Assembly (NCBI GenBank): GCA_002269645.1
Contig: NIVC01000438.1
Location: 62,001-126,000 of the forward strand
DNA: 64,000 bases
Direction of reading: 5' to 3'
Source: Macrostomum lignano
Taxonomy: Eukaryota
Both the position numbers and the translations under genes were made by a program. Position 1 is the first letter of the stretch. Each line of letters starts with the position of its first letter. Positions 11,797 through 23,133 of the stretch are shown here, one piece after another. The notes beneath the pieces were generated by a model. It saw only the letters and a program-made list of their open reading frames with translations. It was not told the DNA's origin and searched no databases.

Positions 11797-12487
11797 CTGA
11801 GCTGGTGGTTGCGAGTGGCCTCAGCAACCTCGACTGCAACTGCAGAATGGAACTGCAGGCAGTGAATTTGAGAAACTGAACTGCTGCAATGAAAACCGGA
11901 GCAATCAATAAAACTTTAAGTCTTCTGTAGGAACCTTCAAGCATTCGAAAATGGATATGTCTTGCGGCTTGGAAGTTTCGATTTTTGTTGCTTTACGTAT
12001 GGGACCTCAGAAAGCAGTTGGCTAGTCATGACTCATTTTCGATGAAAAAAGCAGACAATTTATAAATAGTTGGAAGTCATAGAACATAGCGACAACAAGC
12101 CTACACACGGCTGTCACAGTTAATATTTGACAGTTAAAATCTTGCTTGGTTTTGCCTAAAAGCTGAGACATCGAAATTGTGTACACATTTGATGTTTCCA
12201 GCATCAAGATATTTTTCGCGCGGCTTGTTTACACAGCAAAACAGCCGCCCGCCAATCACACTCACTAGCTGTGTATCTTCCTTCATTGTTGATGAGAAAA
12301 CTAACGGCTATGCTTCCACAGGCAAAGTCGAAATGAAGCAAGCGGTTTCTCCAGTCTGGAAAAGCGAAATATCGTGTCAATAATCAATAAAGGCATCGCT
12401 TCTCGTGGGGAAAGTCTAAGCTTTATAAATCAACCGTTTGCTTCCGCTGAAACACTGAAAAGCTGACACCAGCTGCTGCTAGCTAAG

Positions 12488-13311
12488 ATGAAGCTAATTC
12501 TGCCGGTTTTGCTTTGCTCTGCGTTGGAATTTTCGTTGGCCATGAGCGTTCAACTCCAATTCAAGGTGGTCAAACTGCGCAGCAACTCGACTCCAGTTGC
12601 CATGGCGACCCTGCCTGGCAGAGATTCAATGAACCTCGCCACGCTGGGTTTGAGGCCCGCCAGCTTCGGCTTCAGCTGGCTGCAGGGTCTGTGCCGACTC
12701 TTTGACTGGCTGGCATTCAGCAGCACGGATGGCTGGCAGGCGTCGGAGTCATGCGATGTGTACGCCAGGATTGTCGGTAAGAGGTCATGCACCAGTATTA
12801 GGAACTTGACTAATTCACTCGGTGTAAATTATTTATGAGCATTAATAATCATATAGTTTAGTGACAAGCTCCTGGTGCAATTAGTAGTACTTTGGCCGCA
12901 AATAATTTCCAGACTCAGCCCTAAACTCAGCTAAAATTCGAAAGCTGCAAGCAGAGCTCAACGATCGTCTCGAGCGTTTGCGGACGAGCAATTGACGGAA
13001 ACAGAAACCAAGATTACATGCACTTGTCCTGAACCCATACAGAAAACAACCCGTTCGAATGGTGGGAGGGGCAGCTGGCCGCTCCATCGCTTGTCTCTTA
13101 CGTCACCATCTACAACAGGCAGGACTGCTGTGCTGAACGACTCAACAAATTCTCGCTGCAGGTGGACGGCGTCGAGTGCAACCGAGTGAGCCGGACAAAG
13201 TCGTTCTCCGTGGCCAACTTTAGCTGCAACGCCTTCGGCAGCCGAGTTCGATTCAGCGTACGTAGTCTGTACCTGTTTATTTGCGAGATCGAGGCTTACA
13301 CGCTTAGCTGA
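12488..13311 (+). pseudogene. PAN + F-lectin gene, Cys-depleted PAN, exon 2 frameshifted (exons 12488-12776, 12913-)
   Basis: PAN reads MNLATLGLRPASF versus MNCATLCALRPACF (3 Cys lost). A 2-nt deletion at the start of exon 2 gives a tail ending TGA 12993-12995. The lectin frame also has TGC>TGA. Confidence 0.87.
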
Positions 13312-13764
13312 ACTGGTGGTGGCGAATGGCCGCGTCGACCTCGAGTGCATCTGCACAATGGAACTGCAGAAATGTCATCTGAAAAACTGAATGGCTGTGA
13401 TGTAAACCAGAGCAACCAAAAAACTTGAAATATTTTTTTAGATCCCTTCAAGCATTCAAAAAATGAGTTATGCTTTGCGATTAGAAAGTATTGATTTCTG
13501 TTGCTTTGGGTGTGAGACCTCAGAAAGCTGTTGGCTAGCCATGACTCGGTTTTTAATTGAACAGCACTGATACTTATTTATTACTTGGAAGTTCTTAATC
13601 CTCAGGCTGTGTGGATTATTACAATTTCATCCATAAAGCACAGCTGCTGATGGAGAAGAGCCACCGCTCCACTCCAGTGAATCGAGTTACTTCTCATCGG
13701 AGAGTTCCAGAGATGTCATCTCGAGTAAGTCAAATGATCATTATATTTTCATTCTACGCTTTCG

Positions 13765-13875
13765 ACAAAAACATGAGCTAAATTTGAAGGCCAAATCCAA
13801 ATGGTATGGTGGGAGGGGCAGCTGGCCGCTCCATCGCTTGTATCTTTTGTCTCCATCTACAACAGGCAGGACTGC
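13765..13875 (+). pseudogene. Decayed type-B F-lectin exon remnant
   Basis: TGGTGGGAGGGGCAGCTGGCCGCTCCATCGC...ATCTACAACAGGCAGGACTGC core, truncated by deletion. Confidence 0.75.
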
Positions 13876-14742
13876 ATGATTTTCATTCGAGTGCAGAGGA
13901 TTAAATATATTGAAATTAGAAAATTGAAACAACATAGATGACAGTTTGAGAATCCCTATTGACTCGTGCATAAGTTTCTACCAGTATATAAACCAAAAGA
14001 CACTACTTCTTAACCAGCCCACTTGAGCAAGCAGTGGCCCAGTTCGTTCATAAACAGTTTCTTATACAGATAAACTGACACAGAAATGACTGATAAAATT
14101 TGGATTTTCCCATTGAATTCTTAAACTAATTTAGAGCCTCCGGGAACGCCATCGCACAACCCCTCCAGTTAAAGGTGGGCTCACCAATTATGCTAACCTC
14201 CTCCCCCCCCAATCGGCTGGCAAAGCATGTGGCGCCTCCATTCCAGCAGGCTTGGCCCCCCCCCTGAGACGTGTCCCTCAATCAGAAATATTGCCTATTT
14301 GCCCCTGATGCTACTGTGCAGTTTCAATGCCCCCCTCAAAGTTATTTACTGGCGCCAGGCTAATTGTCGTCCCCGAATTCCCACGGGGCTATCACAGAGT
14401 CATGACTGAATTTCTGTTCGCTACCTTGTTTACTTTCTCCTGCCTAAGAATTTGATGCTGAGTGCTAGAGCTGCTAATTTGAATTCAGCCTATCACGAAT
14501 TTGAGATGCATTGCCGAAAAAAGAAATGAAACGACAATTTGATGCTTGGAAGCAAAAAGCCTCAACTTTCAGCAAGCGGAATTTTTTAGACATCTTGGAA
14601 TAAAGCACGAGTTTCAGTCCAGGTGTGTAGCCAAGACTCAAGGCCATTGAAGATAAAAGGGAAGATTTTGCAAGTTTCCATAATATAAGAGGAAAGAGAA
14701 AAGTAGCCTGTTCCTTACAAACTAAAGCTTTTCAACTTGGAA

Positions 14743-15559
14743 ATGGGCCAAGAACGCCTACTTTTACTGCTAATTCTCTTTGCGATCGCAGTTTCTGTTG
14801 TCATGGCGACGCCGATGGTGTACTCGGCAGTTCGAATGCACAGCATCTCGACTCCAGCTGCCATGGAGTCGGCGCAAGGACTCGGCAGGATGAAGTGAGA
14901 CCCGCCTGCTTCGGCTTCAGCTGGCTGCAGGGTCTGTGCCGACTCTTTGACTGGCTGGCGTTCAGCAGCACGGATGGCTGGCAGGTCTCGGAGTCATGCG
15001 ATGTGTACGCCAGGATTGTCGGTAGGACGGCATAAACCAAGCATTGAGAATTTTACTAACTCACTCTGTGCGAATTCATGGAGTGCATTATTCATATTGC
15101 TTAAGTTTTTAAAGGTGGCAGTCGTGGAACAGGTATTTTGACCGCAAATAATTTCCAGACCCGCAGCCGCCAACTCAGCTAAAACTCGAAAGCTGCTCGC
15201 AGAGCTCAACGTCTCGGTTGGGCGTTTGTGAACGAGCAATTGACGGAAACCGGAACCAAAAATACGGTGCAGGCTCCTGCGCTCACACCGGAATAAAGCC
15301 GTTCGAATGGTGGGAGGGGCAGCTGGCCGCTCCATCGCTTGTCTCTTACTTCACCATCTACAACAGGCAGGACTGCTGCGCTGAGCGGCTCAACAAATTC
15401 TCGCTGCAGGTGGACGGCGTCGAGTGCAACCGAGTGAACCTGACGGTGCCGTTCTCCGTGGCCAACTTCAGCTGCAACGCCTTCGGCAGCCGAGTTCGGG
15501 TGACAAACCTGCTCAGCGAGTACCTTACCATTTGCGAGATCGAGGCTTACAGGCTGTAG
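14743..15559 (+). pseudogene. PAN + F-lectin gene with exon-1 frameshift; exon 2 (15159-15559) intact with canonical motif
   Basis: A net 19-nt deletion after GGCAGG gives TGA at 14896-14898. Donor 15021/15022. Exon 2 reads NQKYGAGSCAHTGIKPFEWW...RQDCCAERL...AYRL*. Confidence 0.88.
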
Positions 15560-15917
15560 CTGAGCTGGTGGTTGCGAGTGGCCTCGCGCGGAAACCTCGA
15601 CTGCAACTGCAGAATGGAACTGAAAGCAGTGAATTTGAGAAACTGAACTGCTGCAATGGAAACCGGAGCAATCAGTAAAACTTTAAGTCTTCTGTGACTG
15701 AAGGAAGCTTCAAGCATTCGAAAATGGATATGTCTTGCGGCTTGGAAGTTTCGATTTTTGTTGCTTTACGTATGGGACCTCAGAAAGCAATCGTGAATCA
15801 GTGTAGCTGATTGCAATTTCATCCAGAGTGCTGATTAATCGGGTTGCTTCTCTGAGTCTGGATGTTTTTTTGAGATGTCATCTTGATTAAGTAATAAAGT
15901 AGTTTTTTTATTCTACC

Positions 15918-16190
15918 CTATTGACACAAACAGGAACCAAATCCAAAAATCAAGTCGAAATCGAATTGTGGGAGGTGCAGATCCATCGCTTGTCTCTTAC
16001 AACAGGCAGGACAGCAGACTGGCCGACTCAGCGAGTTCTCCCTGCAGGTGGACGGCGTCGAGTGCAACCGAGTGAGCATGACGGAGTCGTTCATCGTGGC
16101 CAACTTCAGATGCAACGCGTTCGGCAGCCGAGTTCGAACTGTTACCTTCGTAAACTTCCCGTAACGATTTGCCAGCTTGAGTCCTACCTA
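15918..16190 (+). pseudogene. Decayed type-B F-lectin exon
   Basis: ATTGACACAAACAGGAACC...GTGGACGGCGTCGAGTGCAACCGAGTG...GTAACGATTTGCCAGCTTGAG with internal deletions. Confidence 0.8.
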
Positions 16191-17071
16191 ACCAATGCAA
16201 GGGATAAACTACATTGAAGTTAGAAAATAATACCAACGTAGATTACCGTTTGACTCAAAATAATGACCGGAAGTTCTACCGGGATAAGAAACCAAAAGAT
16301 CAGAGGCTCAACGACAGTGTAAAAGGTTTGGTCCTTCGGTTTGGCCATCTTTGTTGGCAACTTTCAGGCAGTCGCCGCCATAGGTCCCTTCGCCAGCCCA
16401 CTTGAGGGAGAAGTGGCCGAGTTCGTTCGTTATTCGTATAAATTGACACAACAATGACTGATAAAAATGCCGTGAACTCGAAGAATCTTCGAGGCTAGAT
16501 GTACTTTACAGGGTGTATTCTAGGACTGCATGATTATACTCGTAGATGTGATGCGAAAGTCAGTTAATAAATTTCATAAGCTCAAAATAGTTGATAATTT
16601 AACTCATCTGTCGACTCCGGTGTTAGGCTTTCTGTTCTCCGGGGTCTTAATTTGTCCGGGGGACATCGCAAAGCAAAATTATTTTCGCTTTGCGATAAGC
16701 TACCCTCGATAATCCAAGGCACAACAAAATCGGGCTTTGAAATATCCTGGGTCTTAAATTGTCCGGGGTGAATAAAGATTTGGGTGGCAAGGTGGTCAAG
16801 TTATTTACCTGATAAAGCGCATGTGAATGGGGCAGGACATCATTTCGAGAGAATGGGGCTGACTCAGAGGCCAGGGAAGGGCCCTGACTGCACCTTAGAC
16901 AGGGGAGGGGCAGATGAGGTGCAGTCTAAGAATAAATCGATAATGGACTGGCGTCACATTGCTAGCACTACAAGCGTACGTGCAATGAAGATCAGTGTAC
17001 GAGCTAATAGCCCACAAAGGAAAGTGTTGCGCTTAGAGAGAGTATATTACACGTAACTTTTAAGATATATA

Positions 17072-17187
17072 GGGCCCGTTCTATAAAGCCATCGTAAGAT
17101 AAGATCATTCTTAGCTTCTATCTCTACAGTGTAAAAGTTCCGACGTACGATCGAACTTACGCCACGACAGCTTTATAGTACGACCCC
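17072..17187. mobile_element. 116-bp MITE (PIF/Harbinger-like) nested in the Ginger element; inverted decayed copy at ~22474-22590
   Basis: TIRs GGGCCCGTTCTATAAAGC / GCTTTATAGTACGACCCC (15/18), 3-bp ATA duplication on both sides. Confidence 0.7.
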
Positions 17188-17238
17188 ATAGAGTTTATTT
17201 CTTATCGAAGGTCTACCTTTAGGAAAATTTATCTCTCG

Positions 17239-18573
17239 ATGGCTAAAGTATCGCTGAACCAAGTGTTTTTTTATGTTTTGAACGACGAGTATGTTGAGCT
17301 GCCGGAAAATTCCAATACGAAAGAGAGAGATAATCTAAAAAGAAAAATCAGAGAAAAGAGCAAAAACTTCACGATTCATGAAGGCTCGTTGTACTATCAA
17401 GTCAAGAACAAAGCGGACAGTCAGAGGAGGTCTGAAGAGAAGCGCAAAGTTCTTTACGACATCGCAGAAGTCAAGAGCAAAATGCAAGCTTTGCACATTC
17501 AGGGAAGTCACGTAGGTATAAAGAGCACATTGAGCCTCTTTACGTCGAGGTACTTCGCTGACTTCCCTGTATCGCCAATAGCCAAATCCGTTGTGGAAGC
17601 TTGTGCCAAGTGTGAAGTGGTCAACAAGAAATTTTCAACCAAGCAAAGCGAAATTCATCCGATTGAAATACCGGACAATGCGAGCAGGCTTTTTGGGTTT
17701 CTTTGTGTCGACTGCATCACGATGCCAACGACCACCGATTCAGGATCCAAGTACATTCTGACAGTGTGCTGTAAATTTACGAAGTTTGCTGTATTCCGGC
17801 CTCTGTCTAACATCCAAGCTGCATCCATCGCGAAGGAACTGAAGGACCTCTTTGCACTGTTCGGTTGGCCGCGCATTATCCTCAGCGATCAGGGACGGGA
17901 GTTCTGCAACTCAATTATTGACGTCCTTCTAGAATCTGGTGGAACTGAAAGACGAGTAACAAGCGCGTATCACCCAGAGACTAACGGACAGACCGAACGC
18001 TTGAAACAGACCTGCATCAGTCTATTAAGAAAGTGTTGCTCATCAGAGAATCCAACTGACTGGGACACCAGGCTCAATGAAATTCAACTGGCCTACAATA
18101 GCCGACGACATTCAGTCACTGGAATTTCACCATTTCAGGCCGCGTTTGGTTTCGAACCTTTGCTAGGCAACCAGGCAGCGGCGCTGCTGCCTACTGCCTC
18201 GATGCCTAAGTTTGCACCTGTAAATCGGGGTTGGATGATCGAGAAGAACAAACAGCGAGCTGCATCCCAAAAATTCATCGCGCGGAGAATCAAACTGAGC
18301 CAGCAGCGAATGAAAAAGGGCCACGCAGCTTTACGAACTCGAGCGGAGGAGTTCAAGGTTCGAGATCGGGTGAGACTTCGAAACACACGCCGAGACGACA
18401 GGAAGGGCGGAAAGCTGCAGAAGACGTGGAGTGAGCGGGTCTACCGCATCATCAAATGCCTCGGCAAAAATACTTATCAGCTGGCTGGGTTGTCAAAATG
18501 TGTAAACGGAAAGCATCTGAAGAAGGCTGTGGCTCATCACTCTTCATTCAGCGGATCGCCTGTTTTTGATTGA
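17239..18573 (+). CDS. Gypsy-type/GIN1-like integrase (transposase), 444 aa, intact
   Basis: HHCC zinc domain (H..GSH...CAKC), DDE triad (CVDC, SDQGREF, NGQTERL), AYHPETNG motif, C-terminal FKVRDRV..KLQKTW region. Own ATG and a GIN-like N-terminus (EGSLYY). Confidence 0.92.
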   Translation: MAKVSLNQVFFYVLNDEYVELPENSNTKERDNLKRKIREKSKNFTIHEGSLYYQVKNKADSQRRSEEKRKVLYDIAEVKSKMQALHIQGSHVGIKSTLSLFTSRYFADFPVSPIAKSVVEACAKCEVVNKKFSTKQSEIHPIEIPDNASRLFGFLCVDCITMPTTTDSGSKYILTVCCKFTKFAVFRPLSNIQAASIAKELKDLFALFGWPRIILSDQGREFCNSIIDVLLESGGTERRVTSAYHPETNGQTERLKQTCISLLRKCCSSENPTDWDTRLNEIQLAYNSRRHSVTGISPFQAAFGFEPLLGNQAAALLPTASMPKFAPVNRGWMIEKNKQRAASQKFIARRIKLSQQRMKKGHAALRTRAEEFKVRDRVRLRNTRRDDRKGGKLQKTWSERVYRIIKCLGKNTYQLAGLSKCVNGKHLKKAVAHHSSFSGSPVFD

Positions 18574-19299
18574 TCGAATTACATGTAGATTGGTGAATCA
18601 AGTAACAGTTTTTAGGTTGACAATGTATAGTATCAATAGCTTTAATTTTACTTCTGTTTGGAGTGTGTGAAATGCAAAATAGTGATTGAAAATATACTCG
18701 GTTAAAGAAGCATGACGCAGATGTTTGCCAATTAAAAAGTAGCAAAAAGTTTTTTCTACTTTGTGAAAATTGATTTCGAAATTTTGCTATTCCAAACCTC
18801 GGATATCAGTAGCCGGATGTCCTAAAGCAAACCTCTGTCTCCGCAGGCTGACCCCTCTCTTTCAACCTACAGTCGGATGTCCTAAGACAATTTCCCTTCT
18901 TCTGATCTCCGGGCCGGATAGCAGAGTCAGTGCCGTAGGAGATGTCCGGGAGAGACATCTCAAAGTGCCCCGGACAATGCAAAGCAGCTCAAGATATCTG
19001 GGAAGGAGAAAACAAAGCAGGTTTTTTGCCTGGCACTATCCGGGCGGATATCGTAAGTGCGTTAGGATATCCGGACCAGACAAAAAAACCCCGGAAAGTA
19101 TAAAGTGTAACACCTGGTGTGTTTAAAATCCAGAAGCGCAGGCTCGTACTGTCTCACTGCAAGTCTAAAAAACATGGACCAAGTTCTGTTTTCCTCCCTT
19201 GCACTGCCACTGCTTGCTGCCTTCTACCATGTAGGCGTCAACGCCAATTGGCCTGAAAGACCAGGTCGCTTGTTCAGTAGCTCCTGTCAGGATCTTGAC

Positions 19300-19560
19300 A
19301 AAATGACTGGCACTTGACCTGACTTGAAAGTCATTCAATGCAGCGCAATATCCCATCTGCTCAGGTGCATCAACCCCCCCCCCCCACCGATGCATGTGAC
19401 GAAATGCGCCTGCCAGCCTGGCCAACCACGACTAGCACAATCGTTGCTATGGTAACGGTCCTACATAGAAAATTCCCACAGGCCCTCGCCACAAAGCCCC
19501 TGTGTTTTATGCTGGGTTCAACAGCTGCCAATTTGAAATTTTGCCCTACCACTATTTTCT
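19300..19560. repeat. Dispersed ~260-290 bp repeat (second copy 22585-22872)
   Basis: Both copies start ATGACTGGCAC and end CTACCACTA, and share GTTGCTATGGTAACGGTCC..TAGAAAATTCCCACAGG. Confidence 0.7.
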
Positions 19561-19599
19561 GATGATGAACCCTGAAGGCCCGCAGACAGGCAGAGGCAA

Positions 19600-20125
19600 G
19601 AGCTCTCACAAAGAGCTCTTGGGAACGCCTCGAAGAGGACGTTATCGAAGGCGCCAATGATGTCCAGGAAGATCCCCAGAGCGAAGCCGCTGCCAAGCAC
19701 GGCCTTCTCAAGTTTATCTACCAGGACGTGCAGCGCGCTTTCAGTGGAGCGACCCGCCCAAAAGGCGTGCTGGTTCTCACTGAGAGGTTTGTTCTTCAGC
19801 TCTACGGAGAGGAGGCGCCAAAGCACCGGTCTCTCTATCAGCTTGACCAGGGAGAAGGTCAGGCTGATCGGTCTGAAGGATTTGATAGAATGGTAGTCCG
19901 GGTGGCCTGGCTTAGGGATAAAAATCACCTTTGCCTCGGTCCAAACCTGTGGGACATAACCAAACGTGATGCATGCCCGAAAGAGGCTGCAAAGTTTACG
20001 CAGGAAGCCTGGGCATTTAACCGCCTCTCTTAGGAGTCCCGGTACAATGCCGTCGGGTCCTGGGGCTTTGAAAGGTTTGAAGGAATTAGCCGCTCTCACG
20101 ATGCGGTCCTCCGTGATGATAGGGT
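19600..20125 (-). mobile_element. Non-LTR retrotransposon reverse transcriptase fragment (R1/LOA-like)
   Basis: KAPGPDGI...WTEAKVIFIPKPG..Y...KSFRPISL...QHAF..GRSTESAL...FLDIIGAFDNV; truncated before the YADD motif. Confidence 0.9.
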
Positions 20126-20194
20126 TTACCCCCGATTCGCCGAATCCCGATTTGCCGATTCCCAGCTCGCCGAATCCCGAGTCGCCGATTTCCG

Positions 20195-20602
20195 ATTTGC
20201 AGAAATTCCACATTTGCCGAAATTCCTCATTTGCCGAAATTCCTCATTTGCCGAAATTCCTCATTTGCCGAAATTCCTCATTTGCCGAAATTCCTCATTT
20301 GCCGAAATTCCTCATTTGCCGAAATTCCTCATTTGCCGAAATTCCTCATTTGCCGAAATTCCTCATTTGCCGAAATTCCTCATTTGCCGAAATTCCTCAT
20401 TTGCCGAAATTCCTCATTTGCCGAAATTCCTCATTTGCCGAAATTCCTCATTTGCCGAAATTCCTCATTTGCCGAAATTCCTCATTTGCCGAAATTCCTC
20501 ATTTGCCGAAATTCCTCATTTGCCGAAATTCCTCATTTGCCGAAATTCCTCATTTGCCGAAATTCCTCATTTGCCGAAATTCCTCATTTGCCGAAATTCT
20601 CA
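20195..20602. repeat. 17-bp minisatellite (TTGCCGAAATTCCTCAT)n, ~23 copies
   Basis: Perfect tandem copies; explains the 17-aa periodic ORFs in all frames. Confidence 0.97.
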
Positions 20603-20870
20603 TCCTTGGATTGGATGACGCAAATGTCCCTGTTAGACAGGTCCGATCTGAGCCACGCACTGAGCGTTTTGATCGCAAAGATGCAAGCTCTGGGAGGCTA
20701 AAATAGCATTACAACTCATGTGTTGCGCTAAAAGGGTAACATAACTTATTGCGTATTATACAGTAACATGGTTCATTGTTAAGGTTCAGTTGCGCATGCG
20801 TGCACTTACCTACTTACAGTAGCATCCTATGATTAACTTATTTTACCTTTTTTACGGGAGGTAGAACACT

Positions 20871-21275
20871 CTAAAGCTCCATGGCGGGTCTGCGGTTGCA
20901 ACTGCCGGTTTCAGCAGCGCGAACTGCCTTACCGGGCTTGGGGTCGGCCGTTTGCTTCAGCTTCTTTGCCGGAGGAGCCTGGGCCCCAGTTCCGGTTTCG
21001 GAAGACTCAGCATGCTTAGCTTCATCAGCTTTCCGCTCCTCGCAACGGAGGATGGTCAGCTGAGTCAGACAAAGGTGGATTGTGGACTTAGGCGGCAAAT
21101 GCTTAGTCCAGGCGTCGGAGAGCCCTAGGATCACCGTGGCCCCCTTCTCCTTGCGGGAAGTGGCTTGCTGTAGGAGCCCGTTGACCTCAAGGTCAGGATG
21201 CAGCTTTAGCAGGATCTGCCTAAGCTGATCTCCGGACTTAATGGCACTGCCGACCGGTATCCAGACTCCACCTTA
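20871..21275 (-). mobile_element. LINE ORF1 fragment (DUF4780-like), same strand as the RT fragment
   Basis: GGVWIPVGSAIKSGDQLRQILLKLHPDLEVNGLL...GATVILGLSDAW resembles R1/LOA ORF1; lies upstream of the RT piece. Confidence 0.5.
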
Positions 21276-21754
21276 TGTGTTTAAGTTTACATAATAGTTC
21301 TTAATTATCCCCTTGCTTGTTCTTTCCTATCCCAGGTCTAATTTTTGTCACTTTTGGCCAAATCCAGCTTCCTGGTGCCACTGTGAGCACAATGGCGTAT
21401 CATTTGTGTACTTATACATAAGTTACTCGGGCTCCGCTTTATGAGCTTAAGTTTACAGGCCCTTTGTGCACACATTAGATGTTTGTTGCAAACTTCAAAA
21501 TATTTTTCGCGTGACTTTCGTTTACACAGCAGGACAACCCGCCAATCACACTCGCTAGCTGTGCATCCTCCTTTTTAGCAAACTCACGACCATGCTTTCA
21601 CAGGCAAAATCTGGAAATCAGGCAAGCGGCTTCTCCAGTCTGGAAGAGCGAAATATCAAGCCAATAATCAGTGTCGCTCCTAGCGAGAAAACCTCAACTC
21701 TATAAAGCAACCGTTTGCTTCCGCTAATCTTGGACACTGAAACACTGACACCAG

Positions 21755-22062
21755 GTTCTGCTAATCGACTAAAACAGGAGCCAAACCCAAAGGCCAAATC
21801 AAAATCGAATTTTGTAAGGAGCAGCTGGCCGCTCCATCGCTTGTCTCTTACGTCACCATCTATAACAGGCAGGACAACAGACCAAAGCAGACTGGCCGAC
21901 ACAGCGAATTCTCCCTGGACTTGAACGCTCTTCGGCGCCAATTTCAGATGCAACGCCAATTCAGCAGCCGAGTTTCAGGTTGTTCATCTTTATGAAGATT
22001 CTCTGGACAGTCTGCACTACAATGATTTGACGATTTTCGAGATTGAGGATTATACGCTGTAA
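21755..22062 (+). pseudogene. Type-B F-lectin remnant fused directly to a lectin upstream region (whole gene deleted)
   Basis: 21480-21754 matches the region just before the ATG of the 7074/12488 genes (…ACACTGACACCAGGTTCTGCTA) and joins ATCGACTAAAACAGGAGCC of a type-B exon. Confidence 0.75.
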
Positions 22063-23133
22063 CCAAGGAAGTTATTGCGAGCCAGTTGCGAATATAAATG
22101 CAGAGGAAGAATTATATTGAAATTAGAAAATAAAAGCAACATAGCTGACAGTTCGAGAATCCCGATTGACACATTAAAATAATTGACTGTACGAGTTTCC
22201 ACCAGTATTGAAATCCGAAAGACTAGAGAGGCTCCGCAGGGTAAGGAGTAGGGTCTTCGGCTTCGAGACTTTCGCTAGCAACTTTCAGGCAGTCGCTTCT
22301 TAACCTATTTTCCCATTGAATTCTTAAACTAATTCAGAGCCTCTGGGAACGGCATCGCACAACCTCCAGTTAAAGGTGGGCGCACCAATTCTGCCTTTTA
22401 ACTTCAAGCAAGTACAGTTTCCAGGAAAGGTTTGCTTTGCCATGACCATAAATATACGAGCGTAAAGCTCTTTGGGGTCGCAAGATAAAGCTGTCGTAAG
22501 CGTAAGTTCGGTCGTACGTTGGAACTTTTACACTACGAAGATAGGAGCTAAGAACGATCTTATCTTACGATGGCTTTAAAAAATGACTGGCACTTTACCT
22601 GGCTTGATAGTCTATCCAATGCAGCGCAATATCCCAGCTGCTCAACCTGCTCAACCTGCTCCAGCTTCTCCCAATACATGGGATGAGATGCAGCCCGTCA
22701 ACCTGGCAAACCATGACTGGCACAATCGTTGCTATGGTAACGGTCCCAGATAGAAAATTCCCACAGGGGCTATCAAAGAGCCTGTGCACCTGTTCGCTAA
22801 ATCAGATTCTACAGCCTGTGTGTTTTATGCTGAGTTCAAGAGCTGCCAATTTGAAATTTGACGGCTACCACTAGTCTGAGATGCAGAAGCTACAATAGGG
22901 TATTAAGCAAGAAAAATGATGCCTTAAAGATAAAAGTCTCCACTTTCAGCACACGCACACTGAATCGTATTTTTGAGGCGTCCATGGGAATACAGCTTGA
23001 GTTTTGAGTTCAGGTGTGTGGTCGAGACTAAAGGACACTAGAATAAAAAGGAACTAGATTTTGTCAGTGCTTGAGACAAGAGCAAAGAGATAATTGTAGC
23101 CTGTTCCTTACAAATTAGGTTTTCAACTTGGAA

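Larger units (their letters stand above)
16621..19112 (+). mobile_element. Ginger-like DNA transposon (Gypsy-integrase transposase, TIR-bounded)
   Basis: Begins TGTTA (16621) and ends TAACA (19112), with degenerate TIRs and subterminal TTGTCCGGGG/CCCCGGACAA inversions. Flanks are CCGG / CCTG (3 of 4 TSD match). Single integrase ORF; no RT, RNase H or LTRs. Confidence 0.75.

Noticed and set aside
17239-18573. Gypsy LTR retrotransposon pol gene
   Set aside because: No protease, RT or RNase H upstream and no LTRs; the ORF has its own start and the element has inverted termini.
20195-20706. Long periodic ORFs (PKFLICRNSSFAEIPHL)n and a possible CRISPR-like array
   Set aside because: Pure 17-bp tandem repeat with no unique spacers; eukaryotic context and no cas genes. 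The same applies to the arrays at 30820, 41700, 49860, 52790 and 54170.
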